This document shows positions 1 through 12,840 of a DNA stretch of 46,464 bases, in pieces. The position numbers and the translations under genes are program-made. The notes below the pieces were generated by a model that worked only from the letters and a program-made list of their open reading frames with translations, ran no database searches and had not been told where the DNA came from. Each line of letters opens with the position of its first letter. Position 1 is the first letter of the stretch. This DNA is from Chiloscyllium plagiosum (taxonomy: Eukaryota), in contig NC_057750.1 in assembly GCF_004010195.1 (NCBI RefSeq), positions 12,375,144 to 12,421,607 on the forward strand, read 5' to 3'.

Positions 1-339
1 CCTCCTGCTACTGATGTTGAAAGAATAATAGGTGTTTGAGACACACAGGTATTCAAGCAATGGAACTGTGTGAAAAAGGCAGTCTTATGAGAATGAGTGT
101 CCATAGATTTCACCCATAGAACTGATAAACAGTGAGGTTTTCAACTCCTTCCATTGTCCACAACCAAAACTCATGTTAGGCATTACCCTGTTCCACTTCT
201 TCACGCCTTTGGCCCCAATCCATACAACCTCTCCTCACCTTTGAGTCATCCTTGATCTTCCTGAGGCGCCATGCAAACTGCAATTCTTCAGCTTCTCTCC
301 CTCATGCCAAGAGTTCAGCAAAGACAATTGCTGTCTTTA

Positions 340-1700
340 CAGACTATAGGGCATCAAGGAGCCCAAGCAAACGGGAATTGATGGGAATCAGGAGAAAACT
401 CACTGCTTGTTGGAGTCATATCTGGCACATAGGAAGACAGTTGTGGAGGTCAGTCATTAAAGCGCCAAGACATTTCTACAGGTGTTACTCATGTTAGTGT
501 CCTCATCCCAAACATCATCAGCAGCTTTATCAATGACCTTCCCCCATCAGAACGTCTGAAGTGGGGATGTTCATCCATGACTGCACAGTGTTCAACACCA
601 ATTGAGAGTCCTCAAATCCAGCACAATCTGGACTATATCCTAGCTTGGTCTGATAAGTGGCAACATTTGCACACACAAATGCCAGCTAATGACTATCTGC
701 AATGAGAGACAATCTAACCACTGCCTCTTGATATTCAACAGCATTATCATCACTGAATCTGCCACTATTAACATCTTGGGGGTCACCACTGACCAGAAAT
801 TCAAATGGATTTGCCACACAAATACAGTGGCTACAAGAACAGGTCGGAAGCTACGAATACTGCAGCTACTCGTAACTCACCTCCTGACTCCCCAAAACCT
901 GTCCACCATTGTAAGATACAAGTCAGAAGTATGATGGAATACTCCTCAGGGCGGCCCAGTGGCTCAGTGGTTAGCACTGCTGCCTCACAGCATCAGGGTC
1001 CAAGGTTCAATGCCAGCCTCGGGTGACCGTGTGCAGTTTGCACATTCTCCCCGTGTCTGCATGGGTTTCCTCCGGGTATTCCGGTTTCCTCCCACATACC
1101 AAAGATGTGCAGGTCAGGTGAATTGGCCATAGTGTTAGGTGCATTAGTCAGAGGGGGGTGGGTTGTTCTTCAGAAGGTCGGTGTGGACCTGTTTCCACAC
1201 TGTCAGGAACCTAATCTAAAAAATCTAATATGCAGCTCCAACAACATTTAAGAAGCTTGACACCATCCAGGACAAAGCAGCCCTCCTGATTGGCACCACA
1301 TCCAGTCCCTCTACCACTAATACTCATTAGCAGCAGTGTGTACTATCTACAAGATGCACTGCAAAAATTCCCAAAAGATCCATTAAACAGCCCTTCAAAA
1401 TCCATGGCCACTTACATCTAGAAAGACAAGGGCAGCAGATAATCAGAACACTACCACCTGCAAATTCCCCTCCAAGCTGCTTACCATCCTGACTTGGAAA
1501 TATATCGTCATTCTTTCACTGTCACTGGGTCAAAATCCTGGAATTCTCTCCCTAACAGCATTGTCGATTTACCTACAGTACATAGACTGCAGTGGTTCAA
1601 GAAGGCAGCTCACTATGACCTTCTCATGTGAAACTAAGTATTAACAATAACTGCTGGCCAAACAGTGCACCCACATTCCACAAATGAACAAAATAAAACA
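340..1700 (+). mobile_element. Decayed L2/CR1-clade LINE 3' portion, interrupted by a SINE
   Basis: RT C-terminal remnants (FINDLP..., INILGVTTDQKFKWICH). The sequence resumes after 1229 and ends in an A-rich tail near 1690. Confidence 0.7.
949..1228 (+). mobile_element. HE1-type tRNA-derived SINE
   Basis: A box TGGCTCAGTGG, B-box-like GGTTCAATGCC, shared core gggtttcctccggg..ccggtttcctcccaca and (ctaat) tail. Confidence 0.85.
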
Positions 1701-2389
1701 CACAACTGCACTAAGCCAACCAATACACATCACTCTCAAATAACTGTGAACCACTCACCATGAGACTCTCATGTGCTGCTGGTTTTATTTTGAAAATATG
1801 ACATAATTAAGAAAGGTTTCACCATAATAAGTGACCATGACATTCAAATATAATATGTACAAAATGGCTAAAAGCTGGTCTGAGGCATGGCACATTGTAA
1901 ACACGCTACTGATGTAATCTCAGCATCTTAATTCTTGTTAGGAAATCAAAATTTCAGCTCCTGCTTAATTCACCCTGAATGCTGCCTTTCCCACTCTTCT
2001 GGACTCCATATAAACTCTTCCAAAGGTGTCTGTGCAGAAAAAAATAATAAAATAAAAAATAATAAAATAATAAATGCTGAGTCATCTGGAGCTGCATCAG
2101 TGAGAGTCAGTCGTATCTAAAGAATGATTTTACTTGTGAAATCCAGATAATGGCGCTGGTCTTTAATCAAATGACAAATATCAGTTTCATTACCATTGTA
2201 AATAACTGGATTCAACATCTAGTTTCAAAGAATCTTCAGACTGATTTAACCCCCAATTCTAACTTACAAGGCTTCAGACATGAAACTTGTTTTATGTACT
2301 GATTTCAATCTTCATTCATCATCATATATGGTCCTCACAGAGATTGATGTGATCTAAATAAGTTGTTGTTGAACTATTGATATTAGACA

Positions 2390-2862
2390 AGCAGGAAGCT
2401 AGAATAACACAGCAAGCCAGCCAGCGTCAGGTGTAGAAGTCAACGTTTTGGGTATAACCCTTCTTCAGGAATGGGGGGTGGGGAATAAGGGGAAGCTGCA
2501 GATAAAGACAGCAGACTGCAATTTGGAGGAACAATGCCTCATCTTCTGCCTGGGCAGCCTGGAGGATTCAACACTGAGTTCTCCAATTTCAAATAACCGT
2601 CCCACCCATCTCCCAATTCCCTTTCTAGGCCCACCTCCTCTCTTCCACCCATCCACTGAACCTTCGCGCCAGCTACCAACTGGATTCATTCCTAACGACC
2701 AACCAGGTCATACCCACCACTTGTATTCACCTATCAGTACCTCATTATTCTGCCCCCTCCTCATCCTTAACCCTTCAACCCCCTCCCCTTACCTGCAGCT
2801 CCCTCGCCCCCACCAGCCTGCTTGTCTTCTTTGGATTCCAGCATCTGCAGTTTTTTTGTCTC
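2390..2862. mobile_element. Decayed Penelope-like terminal fragment with inverted arrangement
   Basis: Minus-strand terminal repeat (aacgttttgggtataacccttcttcagga), then a plus-strand endonuclease C-terminal remnant (LEEQCLIFCLGSL) and the cagcatctgcag end motif. Confidence 0.6.
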
Positions 2863-3774
2863 TAAATGAACGATAAACAGAAATAACTGATCAAAAATGT
2901 AATAGTGTCTTCATCTTAGACTTTTTTGTGAACTCTACTGGACAAGAACTGCACTCTCCACAGAATAACCTGAAATATGTGGACTCCAGAACATAAATGA
3001 GTCAGAAATGAGATGAGAGGGCATTGGTACAACAATTATAGCTCAATAAACACAGAGCCATCTGAACTTTCATAACTGAATATGGCAGATGAGTCATCAC
3101 CAAATACATTATAGAAGAGAACTTCCACTGGCTGAAACCAAACTCAAAGTCCAAACCATACGGTTGACTGATATGAGGATGGGTAAATGTTACTTCAGAC
3201 TGAAAATAGTGGAAACCAGAACAACATTAAAACCACCAAGCACATTACAGTGGATAAGAGACAAATACAGTGGAGGCATACTTAATCACAAATTAATACT
3301 GTGTGCACGATGACTACTATAAATAGGGATGTAAAGCTGAAAATTTTATTGAGGGATGCACGCTGATGGCATCCAATAAGGCTTCTATTTCTGTTGCTTT
3401 TCATCTATTAGACTTACATAAAATTGTGTAGTGTTTACTTTGTAGTAATTGTTAATGTTCAAGAATTGCATTTCTGTGAGAAAATATTTTTCAAAATATG
3501 TTATTTTGTGGTGAATTAGTAATGATCAAAGCTTGAGTACATAAATGATGATGGTTGGGAGCAGAGACTGGAAAGTTTGGTAATTTTAGAGATGGGCATA
3601 AAATGAGCTAAAAATAAGACAAAATTGAAATTAACCAAAGTATAACTATGAAAGTTAACAGAAATACATACTTGCCTCTTACAGAATTTATATCATAGCA
3701 CAGAGAATACAGGGTGCGATTTTCACCTTCTAGATGGTGGTGCAAGTGGTGAGAAGGGAAATAATTAGGTGAAA

Positions 3775-3908
3775 ATGAAACAAAGAACTGCAGATGCTTT
3801 AAATCTGAAACAAAACAAAAATTGCTGGAGAAAGTCAGCAGGTCTGGCAGCACCTGTGGAGAAAAAGAGTTAACATTTCAAGTCCAATATTACTCTTCTT
3901 CAGAACTG
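3775..3908 (-). mobile_element. Short PLE-terminal-like repeat
   Basis: ctgcagatgct..aaatctgaaacaaaac..gctggagaaa.tcagcaggtctggcagca motif, which recurs at 38770-38860 and 39725-39925. Confidence 0.55.
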
Positions 3909-6749
3909 GAATGTTGGTGTTTGTTGCTGTCCCCACACTTGAAAAATGATGGCAAAAATTTGCAGATAGTTTTTATTGAACAGTTAAGAAAGTGTGGAAT
4001 AGCTGTACGACTTTCATCTGAATATCAGCTTAATCTGAATAGAAGCAAATGAAACAGAGCAAATAATCGCAGGGTTTGATGTGCAAGTGACTTGCACCCA
4101 TAATTACTTTTTTGCTGGAGTATCTTTCATAGGTTTAGTTGGCCCCTTGCTTGAAGCAGTTCCCACCCACAAAATTTATTTGGAATGGCAACTTTCTGAT
4201 AGCATCTGTTCGTAGAGGGAGGGGAACTTTATTGCATTACATTATTTGGACTTGCATTCAGTTGCTGACCCACAGGGTCAAGAGAAAAGCTTTGCTGAGG
4301 TGTTCACTCTGAAAGAGAATTTCTTGTTGCTGCCTTTTCTGTTCCCTGACATGGTAAGCCAGAACCTATTGACCTTGTTTCAATCATAAGCCAGTTTATA
4401 TTTAATTACATTGGGAAATTTTATATCTTGGCTAATACTAATTAGTTGATGTGGAGAGGTTCTGGTAACACTATAAGACATTCCTTCAAAGTGGCTCTTT
4501 ACATTTCCACTTTTCTGCCTTCCACATCATAAGTGATCTATTAACCCTAGTGGGCAGCTATTTATATTTCACTGGCTGTTGATGATCATAACTGTGAGCC
4601 TAACATGCAGTGCTTTGGACTCAGTGAGCACGCAAGGAAAAGGTGCAAGTTAGTTGGCATCATTGGGCAAAATCTACTCTTTCATACAAAGGAGCACAGG
4701 GCAATTGCAGCACCACTGCTTTACTTCCTTAAGCCCCATACCCTCATCCTAGTCCCCACCAACCCATAGATTGCCTATATTTATTTTACTTTGTGCCTAA
4801 GACAGGGATGACGAATGATGTGTCATTAGTCTACTAGATTATAAAGTAGTCACTTCTGCAAGTATCGAGTCTGCATAAAACACATTATTTTAATGCAAGG
4901 GTTTTGATGCTACAGTTGGTGAACCAGTCCTTTGTCTCTGTGTTGAGCTCATGGTTGAAAATATGGAGATAAGTGCTGCAGCATTTTTTCACTTATTTTT
5001 TCTGGTGGTAGGACCGCAACTTTATTGTATGCAATGTATATCTAATGATAGAAGGACAGGAATTTCAATTATGCCCGATGATCCCATCTTCTCTCAGGTC
5101 CTTTGGTTTGAAAATCCATGCTCCAAATGGATATAATTTTGTTTTCAGTCAGCTAACCCTTTTAAGTGAGGAAATAGTAAGTATTGTATGTGAACAATAT
5201 GAAGCTCACTAATAGGCCAAGCTAGTTTCCTAAATAGGTTTTTGTGAGCTGAGGACGTTAGCAGATGCAAAAGGTAAGAGGTACAGTTTAAATGGATACA
5301 AATCAAAAAATAAAGCAGAGACACATTTATCTATATTAATGTGTTGTTAAAAACACCAATTTGTAGAACTAACTACTGACACATTTCTAATGGACAAACA
5401 GAACTGTAGGTTTGACCAATAGTTATTTTCACAGCTATTTTTATGATAAGATTGAAAGAACAGTGAAAGATAAAACTAGGATAACATTTTTGGAACTATT
5501 CAAGAAATTGCTCCTGATTTTCAAATTATGTTTAAACAGCATGGGAAAAGATACTTGTTAAAGAAAGTAACAAACTTCTGAGCCAATCAACACATCTCCC
5601 TAAGCAACGAATAGAACTCAGGATACAACTTATAGACCGCTGCCTATTTTTCTGAGGGAACCACTGGGTCCTGGAAAGAAGCAAATAATGTAGGTTATTA
5701 CTTCTAATTTGAAAGGCTACAGCATGACTTCTCAAAGTGGGGTTGTGACTTGTGATCATGAACTGAAATTTTGGAACTCCTTCAAGTTTGAAAAAAACTG
5801 TTTATAAGTTTTCCTGTTCCACAAATGCTCCCCTTACAACAGGTTCCCATATTCCATCTCCATTCTACAGTTCTCACTTGGGACTCAAAGTTTTGCAGAC
5901 TTGAAATAGGGTCCCTGTGAGAAAAGGTTTGAGAGTCCCTGGATTGTGAGGTTTTGGGGGGGGGGTGGTGGTTGTCATTTGATTGATGTTTTCAGCATTT
6001 TAAAGGGAACTGATAGCAGCAAACAGACAGGGAATAACAGCATAGACAGAAACTATTGATGCAGAGCAAAAAATCTAGTATTCGGATGGATAAGTCTAAA
6101 ATCGGAATCAAATCTCAGAATGACAAATAATGTTTGATCAACTATTGATTTTTAAATCGGTAGATATTTGCTAACCAATGACAATAGAAATAAGGGTTAT
6201 AGACCATAACTTTATGGGATGGCAGAAGACTTGAGGGGTTAAATAGCCAACTCCTGTTTGTATGCACCAGGATTGATCAAAAATAACAATTCTGATTCAA
6301 GCCACCAGAAATTCCAATGTTAGCAAATCAAAAGACTGGGGGGGGGGGGGGGCTAACTGCTGATTTTAGTTAACAATCTCACACCGAAGCTAAATGCGGA
6401 CTTATCACATTTATAGGTAAATCTAAAATAAGGAAAGTTATCATAACTTATCCCTTCATAAACTGAAAGTTGTCCACAACTGATGGAAACTACAAGGACT
6501 GAAATGTTTTGTGACATTAGAAGTAATTGTATAATTAAGTTTTTAAGTTTACCTGTCTCTTATTCAAATTTATTAAATAAAAAAGGAAAATAAAGTCTGG
6601 AAGTGATTTAAACTGGATGACTTGGAAATACACATTTTGTATTTGTGTTCTGATTAATGAAATACTGCAAAGCACTAAGGCAATAATTAACTTGGAAGAC
6701 AGATGAAGGATAGACCGAAGGAAAATTGGCTATTAAAATATTCAAAACA

Positions 6750-7700
6750 AAGGTTTAGTAATCTTTTGCTGAGTTCTCAAAGAGGCAAAACAATTCTCTA
6801 AAAAAAATAAACAATAATAATCATAGTAGTCATGTGAATTAAGCCAGAGAATGTGGAATCTGGAGCCAGGGTACAAATGCACAATGGATTGCTAGCTGAC
6901 TTCAAGGCAGCAGAGAGTGGGAGTAAAGCTCAGTTGTGCAGAGTGTGAGAAGGTGGCAAGTGACGTTCTATGAAGATCAGAGCTGGGACCACTGCTGTTC
7001 ACAATTAATGATTCAGATTTTGGAATTAAAAACAATTTCTAGATCTGTGCATAACTGACAAATGAAATTTGATACATAAACATAAAGCAGTATATTTTGG
7101 TATGAAGTATCAGAAGGTCACTTACTAGTTAGAAGATACAAGTCCAGATAGAGGAACAAAAGGGATCTTTAGAGGACAAGTGTATTAATTAGTAAATGTT
7201 GAACCAACTGGCAACAAGAAAAATAGCAAGCAGGAGGCTTTATTTCTAGGAGGATAAAATTGAAAAGTTATGCTGAACCTTAGGCCACACCTAGAACACT
7301 ACATATAGTTCTGGTTACCATATGAAAATGATAGAGATGCTGGAGAGGGTAAGAGTATAAGGATGATGCTAGAAAGGATAGGTCTACACAACAGGAAAGG
7401 TCTCTTCTTGAAGAAAGCAAGCAAGCTGAGGGATGACCTAATTGGAGTTTTTAAAATGATTAAAGGTTTGAATAGAGTGGAAACAGAGACAATTTATCTT
7501 CACCCAAAGAATGGTGCAGAATTGCTCCCACAGGGTGTGGTTGAAGTGAACAGTATAGATGAGTTTAAGGAGAAGTTAGACAAGCAAATGAGGGCCAAGT
7601 AGATGATGGATTTAATGAGAAAAGACAAGAGACTTGAGTGAATCACAAACACTGGTATAAACTGGAAAAGCTGGATGGCCATTTTCGATGCTGTACACTG
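6750..7700 (+). mobile_element. Highly decayed CR1 LINE 3' region
   Basis: Remnants typical of the CR1 ORF2 C-terminus: RPHLEH..FW, LRDDLIGVFKMIKG and LPQGVVEVNSIDEFKEKLD. Confidence 0.7.
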
Positions 7701-8924
7701 TGTAGCAATAAATTATATTAAAATCTCTCAGTCATCAAATTTAATATTTGTTTTCAGCATTCTATATTGTTCTTGAAGAGGGTTTCATGTCACAAGTAAT
7801 TTGTTAGCTCCAAACAACAACTGGAAATCTCTGGGTTAGAAACAATGGATAGAAAGATTAGAAATATTAGCTTAAGAACTATGCTAATATTAAAATCTTC
7901 TTGCTATTTGCTGAGATATTAACCCTTTTATTTTATACAGATTAATGCCATTAAAATTGTAGATAGAGATTCCATTTGAACATGTTAATACACTTATAAT
8001 AGCACAAGGTGAAATTTTGATTCAACTGCATTTTGCACTACTCAAATTTTTGTGGCTTATTCCATGAGATAAGATGTTCAAATTTTATCTTGTCGTGTTG
8101 TTCGTTGTTTATGCTTATTTTCACTGCCTGCGATAATAGGTGTTGAATAGGTGAACTAATTGTGTGTGTATATTTCATTCTGCTTGAACTGTCTAAAAAA
8201 ACTAGCAAGAGCATGGCAATTGTTAAGTAAAAGAAAATCTATAAACTTGAAGCATATCAATTTATTTCAAACAGTGTACATTTTAGCAAATTTGTTACCA
8301 ATTGTCTGAGGTCCTAGTATTAGCCTATTGGTGTTTTTGTTTCATAGTACTGCTGTTTTAAGACCTTGTCTCATTATGCCAAATGAGCCTTAGGATGTGA
8401 AAATAATGTTCTTTACTTTTATGAAACTTGTGAATGAATAAATGACTTGCAAACTATTAGAACATGACGTATTAAGGAACAGTTTGTGTTATTCTACCTG
8501 AATAAAAAAGTGTAAAGAATTGTTTCAGGGTACAGTTAGAAATATGGCAAGTACCTCCTTGACAACCCCTATCTGTCAGACAGAACATTTACAGGCATCA
8601 GAATTTGTGTACTCTAATGCGGCTTTTGAAGCGAAACCCATCTGCCTATTCTTGTGTGAATATAAAATATCATGCAATTGTTTCAAAAACTCGGGATGTT
8701 ATCCCCAATATCCACCACCACAATCAGCAAGCTTCCCTCCAACCACATAGCACCCTGACTTGCCGTTCCTTTCTGTCAATGAGTCAAATTTCTTGAAATT
8801 CCCTCTCTCACTGCAAGGACTGCAGCGATTCAAGAGGGCAACTCTACAGCGATTGGCAATAAGGGCAAGTCGAGCCAGTGACACCGACAGGCCCGTGTAC
8901 GAATAGAATGAAATAAAAATCTGA

Positions 8925-9065
8925 TTACCTGGTCATTCTCACGCTGCTGATTGTAGAAGCTTGCTGTGTGCAAACCGGCCGCAGCGTTCCCTAGTTGGCG
9001 ACAGTGACTACGGTTCAGAATGGGTTAAGGTTCTGACAGACACTACATAAATGCAAGTCTTTTAA
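8925..9065 (+). mobile_element. Deu-domain SINE (SacSINE1/AmnSINE1-like) 3' remnant
   Basis: cttgctgtgtgcaaa..ggccgcagcgttccct...acagtgactac and the tail ataaatgcaagtcttt match my recollection of the DeuSINE core and tail. Confidence 0.6.
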
Positions 9066-9077
9066 AAAAGCTTCCTC

Positions 9078-9425
9078 CAGCACAGTGGCTTAGGTGTTAA
9101 CACCGTTACCTCAGTGTCAGGGGCACGGGTTTGATTCCAACCTCGGGCGAATGTCTGTGTGGAGTTTCCACACTCTCCCTGTATCTGTGTGGGCTTCCTC
9201 TGGTTGCTCCGGTTTCCTCCCACTGTCCAGAGATGGGCAAGTTAGGTGGACTGGCCATGCTACGTTGCCCATTGTGTCCGGGGACGTGTAGGCTGGGTAG
9301 GTTAGCCATGGGAAATGCAAGGTTACACGGGGGTGGGGGGGTGGGGGGGGTTGGGGTTGGGATGCACTTTGGAGGACGACTTGATGGGCCGAATAGCCTG
9401 TTTCCCTACAGTGGCGATTTCATGA
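9078..9425 (+). mobile_element. Diverged HE1-type SINE
   Basis: Same core as the other copies (tgtgtggagttt..cac.ctccc, ccggtttcctcccac, ggccatgcta). Confidence 0.75.
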
Positions 9426-9519
9426 GACGTTTTCCCATCTTCGTACGAGACATTACTGCAACTTAGGCCTGGTATAACATTCTTACAATTAACAAACTAG
9501 GATATAGAGTTCTTTTTTA

Positions 9520-9880
9520 AACAAAACACCACACGGACCGCAAAGCAGCTTCATCGCGCTTCCACCACCTCAGAAATCAGCGCGGACCTGGTGGCGGGAA
9601 AGAGAGGGCGCGCGTGCAGGCCGTACGCATGCGCAAAGGCCGTGGGGGCCGTTGCTCACGTGCCAGGTGCTCGAGGGGGTGGCGGTTGATATCGTGGCGG
9701 GTGGGTGAGCGATTACGGTATGGCGCAGGTAAGGTTGTCTTTAGATTTTAAAACAAATTCGGATATATCCGTCTCCACAAAGCGAAGGCCTGTAAAAGTT
9801 CTAGCTGGAGCTACTCACGACGACCGCCGCACGACTCCGCTTACTGGAGTAGCATCACGCGTTGACGCTTCACATTCATG
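9520..9880 (+). promoter_or_regulatory. CpG island / promoter of CATSPERG
   Basis: Abrupt CpG- and GC-rich stretch in a CpG-depleted window. Contains TGGCGGGAAA (9592-9601), TACGCATGCGCA (9624-9635), CCGTTG (9649-9654) and TCACGTG (9656-9662), followed by the donor CAG|GTAAGG at 9728/9729. Confidence 0.8.
9660..9728 (+). other. CATSPERG: Putative first (5'UTR) exon of CATSPERG; start approximate
   Basis: Strong donor CAG|GTAAGG inside the CpG island, upstream of and on the same strand as the CATSPERG coding exons. The link to CATSPERG is inferred. Confidence 0.6.
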
Positions 9881-10484
9881 CCATAAGACGTAGGGGCAGA
9901 AGTTGGCCACTCAGCCCATCGAGTTAGCCTGCCATTGGATGAAATCATGGATAAACTGATAGTGCTCAACTCTACTTTCCTATCTTTCCCCCCCATACCC
10001 ATTGATACCCTTGTTTAGATCAGAGTGGTGCTGGAAAAGCACAGCAGGTCAGGCAGCATCCGAGGAGCTGGAAAATCGACGTTTCGGGCAAAAGCCCTTG
10101 ATCGTGATTCCCTTACTGATCAACTTTTTTTTCTATCGGCCTTGAATCAACCCAACAAATACAGTTCTAAATAATGCCACAGATTCTTTATCCTCAAAGG
10201 GAAAAAAGTTTCTCCTCGGGAGCCCACGACCACACGGCAGTTTCCAAATCTGTCCCCCCCCACCAACTGGACTATTGATCTGACCCACCTATCCATCTTC
10301 CTTCCCATGTATCTGCTCCACAGTTCCCACTGACCTATCACCATTGCCTCCTACCTTTCCCTGAGCCCTACCCACCTAACCTGTTTATCTCTCAGCCCCC
10401 TTCCCCCACTCCAATCCTGAAGACGTCCTGCCTGAAACGTCAACTTTCATGCTTCTCGGATGTTGCCTGACCTGCTGTGCTTTA

Positions 10485-12476
10485 AAATGTGTTGCTGGAA
10501 AAGCGCAGCAGGTCAGGCAGCATCCAAGGAGCAGGAGAATTGACGTTTTGGGCATAAGCCCTTCTTCAGGAATGAGGAAGGTGTGCCAAGCAGGCTAAGA
10601 TAAAAGGTAGGGAGGAGGGACTGAGCAGGCTGAGACAATGGGTCGGCCGGGGCAGTCAGGTTTGTGGATTTTGGGCAGGAGGTAGAAACGGGCGGTGCGG
10701 GGTTGTGGGACTATGAGGTTACCTCCTGCCCAAAATCCACAAATCTGACTGCCCCGTCCGACCCATTGTCGCAGCCTGCTCCTGCTCCACCGAACTCATC
10801 TCTGCATATCTCGATACGGTCCTGTCCCCCTTAGTCCAAGAACTCCCCACCTACTTTCGGGACACCACCCACGCCCTCCACCTCCTCCATGATTTTCGCT
10901 TCCCCAGCCCCCAACGCCTTATCTTCACCATGGACATCCAGTCCCTATACACCTCCATACCCCATCACGAAGGCCTCAAAGCACTCCACTTCTTCCTTTC
11001 CCGCCGTACCAACCAGTACCCTTCCACTGACACCCTCCTTCGACTGACTGAACTGGCCCTCACTCTGAACACTTTCTCTTTCCTATCCTCCCACTTTCTC
11101 CAAACCAAAGGAGTAGCCATGGGCACCCGCATGGGCCCCAGCTATGACTGCCTCTTCGTCGGATATGTAGCTGCATCTTCCGCAGCTACACTGGCACCAC
11201 CCCCCACCTTTTCTTCCAGTACATCGATGACTGTATCGACACTACCTCGTGCTCCCCAAGGAGGTTGAACAGTTCATCCACTTTACTAACACCTTCCACC
11301 CTGACCTCAAATTTACCTGGACCGTCTCAGACTCCTCCCTCCCCTTCCTAAACCTTTCCATTTCTATCTTGGGCGACCGACTCAACATGGACATTTACTA
11401 TAAATCGACCGACTCCCACAGCCACCAAGATTAAACCTCCTCCCACCCTGCNNNNNNNNNNNNNNNNNNNNNNNNNNNNNNNNNNNNNNNNNNNNNNNNN
11501 NNNNNNNNNNNNNNNNNNNNNNNNNNNNNNNNNNNNNNNNNNNNNNNNNNNNNNNNNNNNNNNNNNNNNNNNNNNNNNNNNNNNNNNNNNNNNNNNNNNN
11601 NNNNNNNNNNNNNNNNNNNNNNNNNNNNNNNNNNNNNNNNNNNNNNNNNNNNNNNNNNNNNNNNNNNNNNNNNNNNNNNNNNNNNNNNNNNNNNNNNNNN
11701 NNNNNNNNNNNNNNNNNNNNNNNNNNNNNNNNNNNNNNNNNNNNNNNNNNNNNNNNNNNNNNNNNNNNNNNNNNNNNNNNNNNNNNNNNNNNNNNNNNNN
11801 NNNNNNNNNNNNNNNNNNNNNNNNNNNNNNNNNNNNNNNNNNNNNNNNNNNNNNNNNNNNNNNNNNNNNNNNNNNNNNNNNNNNNNNNNNNNNNNNNNNN
11901 NNNNNNNNNNNNNNNNNNNNNNNNNNNNNNNNNNNNNNNNNNNNNNNNNNNNNNNNNNNNNNNNNNNNNNNNNNNNNNNNNNNNNNNNNNNNNNNNNNNN
12001 NNNNNNNNNNNNNNNNNNNNNNNNNNNNNNNNNNNNNNNNNNNNNNNNNNNNNNNNNNNNNNNNNNNNNNNNNNNNNNNNNNNNNNNNNNNNNNNNNNNN
12101 NNNNNNNNNNNNNNNNNNNNNNNNNNNNNNNNNNNNNNNNNNNNNNNNNNNNNNNNNNNNNNNNNNNNNNNNNNNNNNNNNNNNNNNNNNNNNNNNNNNN
12201 NNNNNNNNNNNNNNNNNNNNNNNNNNNNNNNNNNNNNNNNNNNNNNNNNNNNNNNNNNNNNNNNNNNNNNNNNNNNNNNNNNNNNNNNNNNNNNNNNNNN
12301 NNNNNNNNNNNNNNNNNNNNNNNNNNNNNNNNNNNNNNNNNNNNNNNNNNNNNNGAAGGGCTTATGCCCGAAACGTCGATTCTCCTGCTCCTTGGATGCT
12401 GCCTGACCTGCTGTGCTTTTCCAGCAACACATTTTTCAGCTCTGATCTCCAGCATCTGCAGTCCTCACTTTCTCCT
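10485..12476 (+). mobile_element. Penelope-like retroelement (family B), 5'-truncated with inverted 5' end; spans an assembly gap
   Basis: PLE-type RT: LLPKIHK..CPVRPIV, MDIQSLYTSIP, QTKGVAMGTRMGPSY and YIDD (11220-11231, after a frameshift). Terminal repeat is inverted at 10485-10620 and direct at 12355-12476. Flanking repeat cctgctgtgcttta at 10471-10484 and 12474-12487. Confidence 0.88.
11452..12354. other. Assembly gap (N run)
   Basis: Run of n. Confidence 1.
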
Positions 12477-12840
12477 GCTGTGCTTTATCCAATGCCATGC
12501 TTTATCAACTCCGACTCTTCAGCATCTGCAGTCTTTACTTCCTCCTAAGTGGCCAAACTCTTACTCTGAGATTATGTTGTCTGAATTTAGATTCTTCCAC
12601 ATGGGGAAACAGACTTTTGTATCGCCCCTGTAAAACCCTATTTGAATCCTGATTTTCCAATAATTTGTCATTCTTCTAAACTCCAATATCCTACTTGATT
12701 TCTCCTCAAATGAAAATCCCTCCACACCCAGCAAAAAAATTAGTGAATCTTTTCAGGACTGTCTCCAATGCCAGTATTTTAAATAATGGGACCAGAGCTG
12801 TTAGCAATATTGTAGATGTTGTCTGATTTGTTTTAGTATG

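Noticed and set aside
7700..8520. AT-rich unique region with AATAAA (8436, 8501) as the 3'UTR of an upstream gene
   Set aside because: No upstream coding exon was identified, and AATAAA is expected by chance in AT-rich DNA.
9705..9893. 62-aa ORF in the CpG island
   Set aside because: Starts at GTG, reads through a strong splice donor and resembles no known protein.
11382..12455. 357-aa and 333-aa ORFs
   Set aside because: Artefacts of translating through the N gap.
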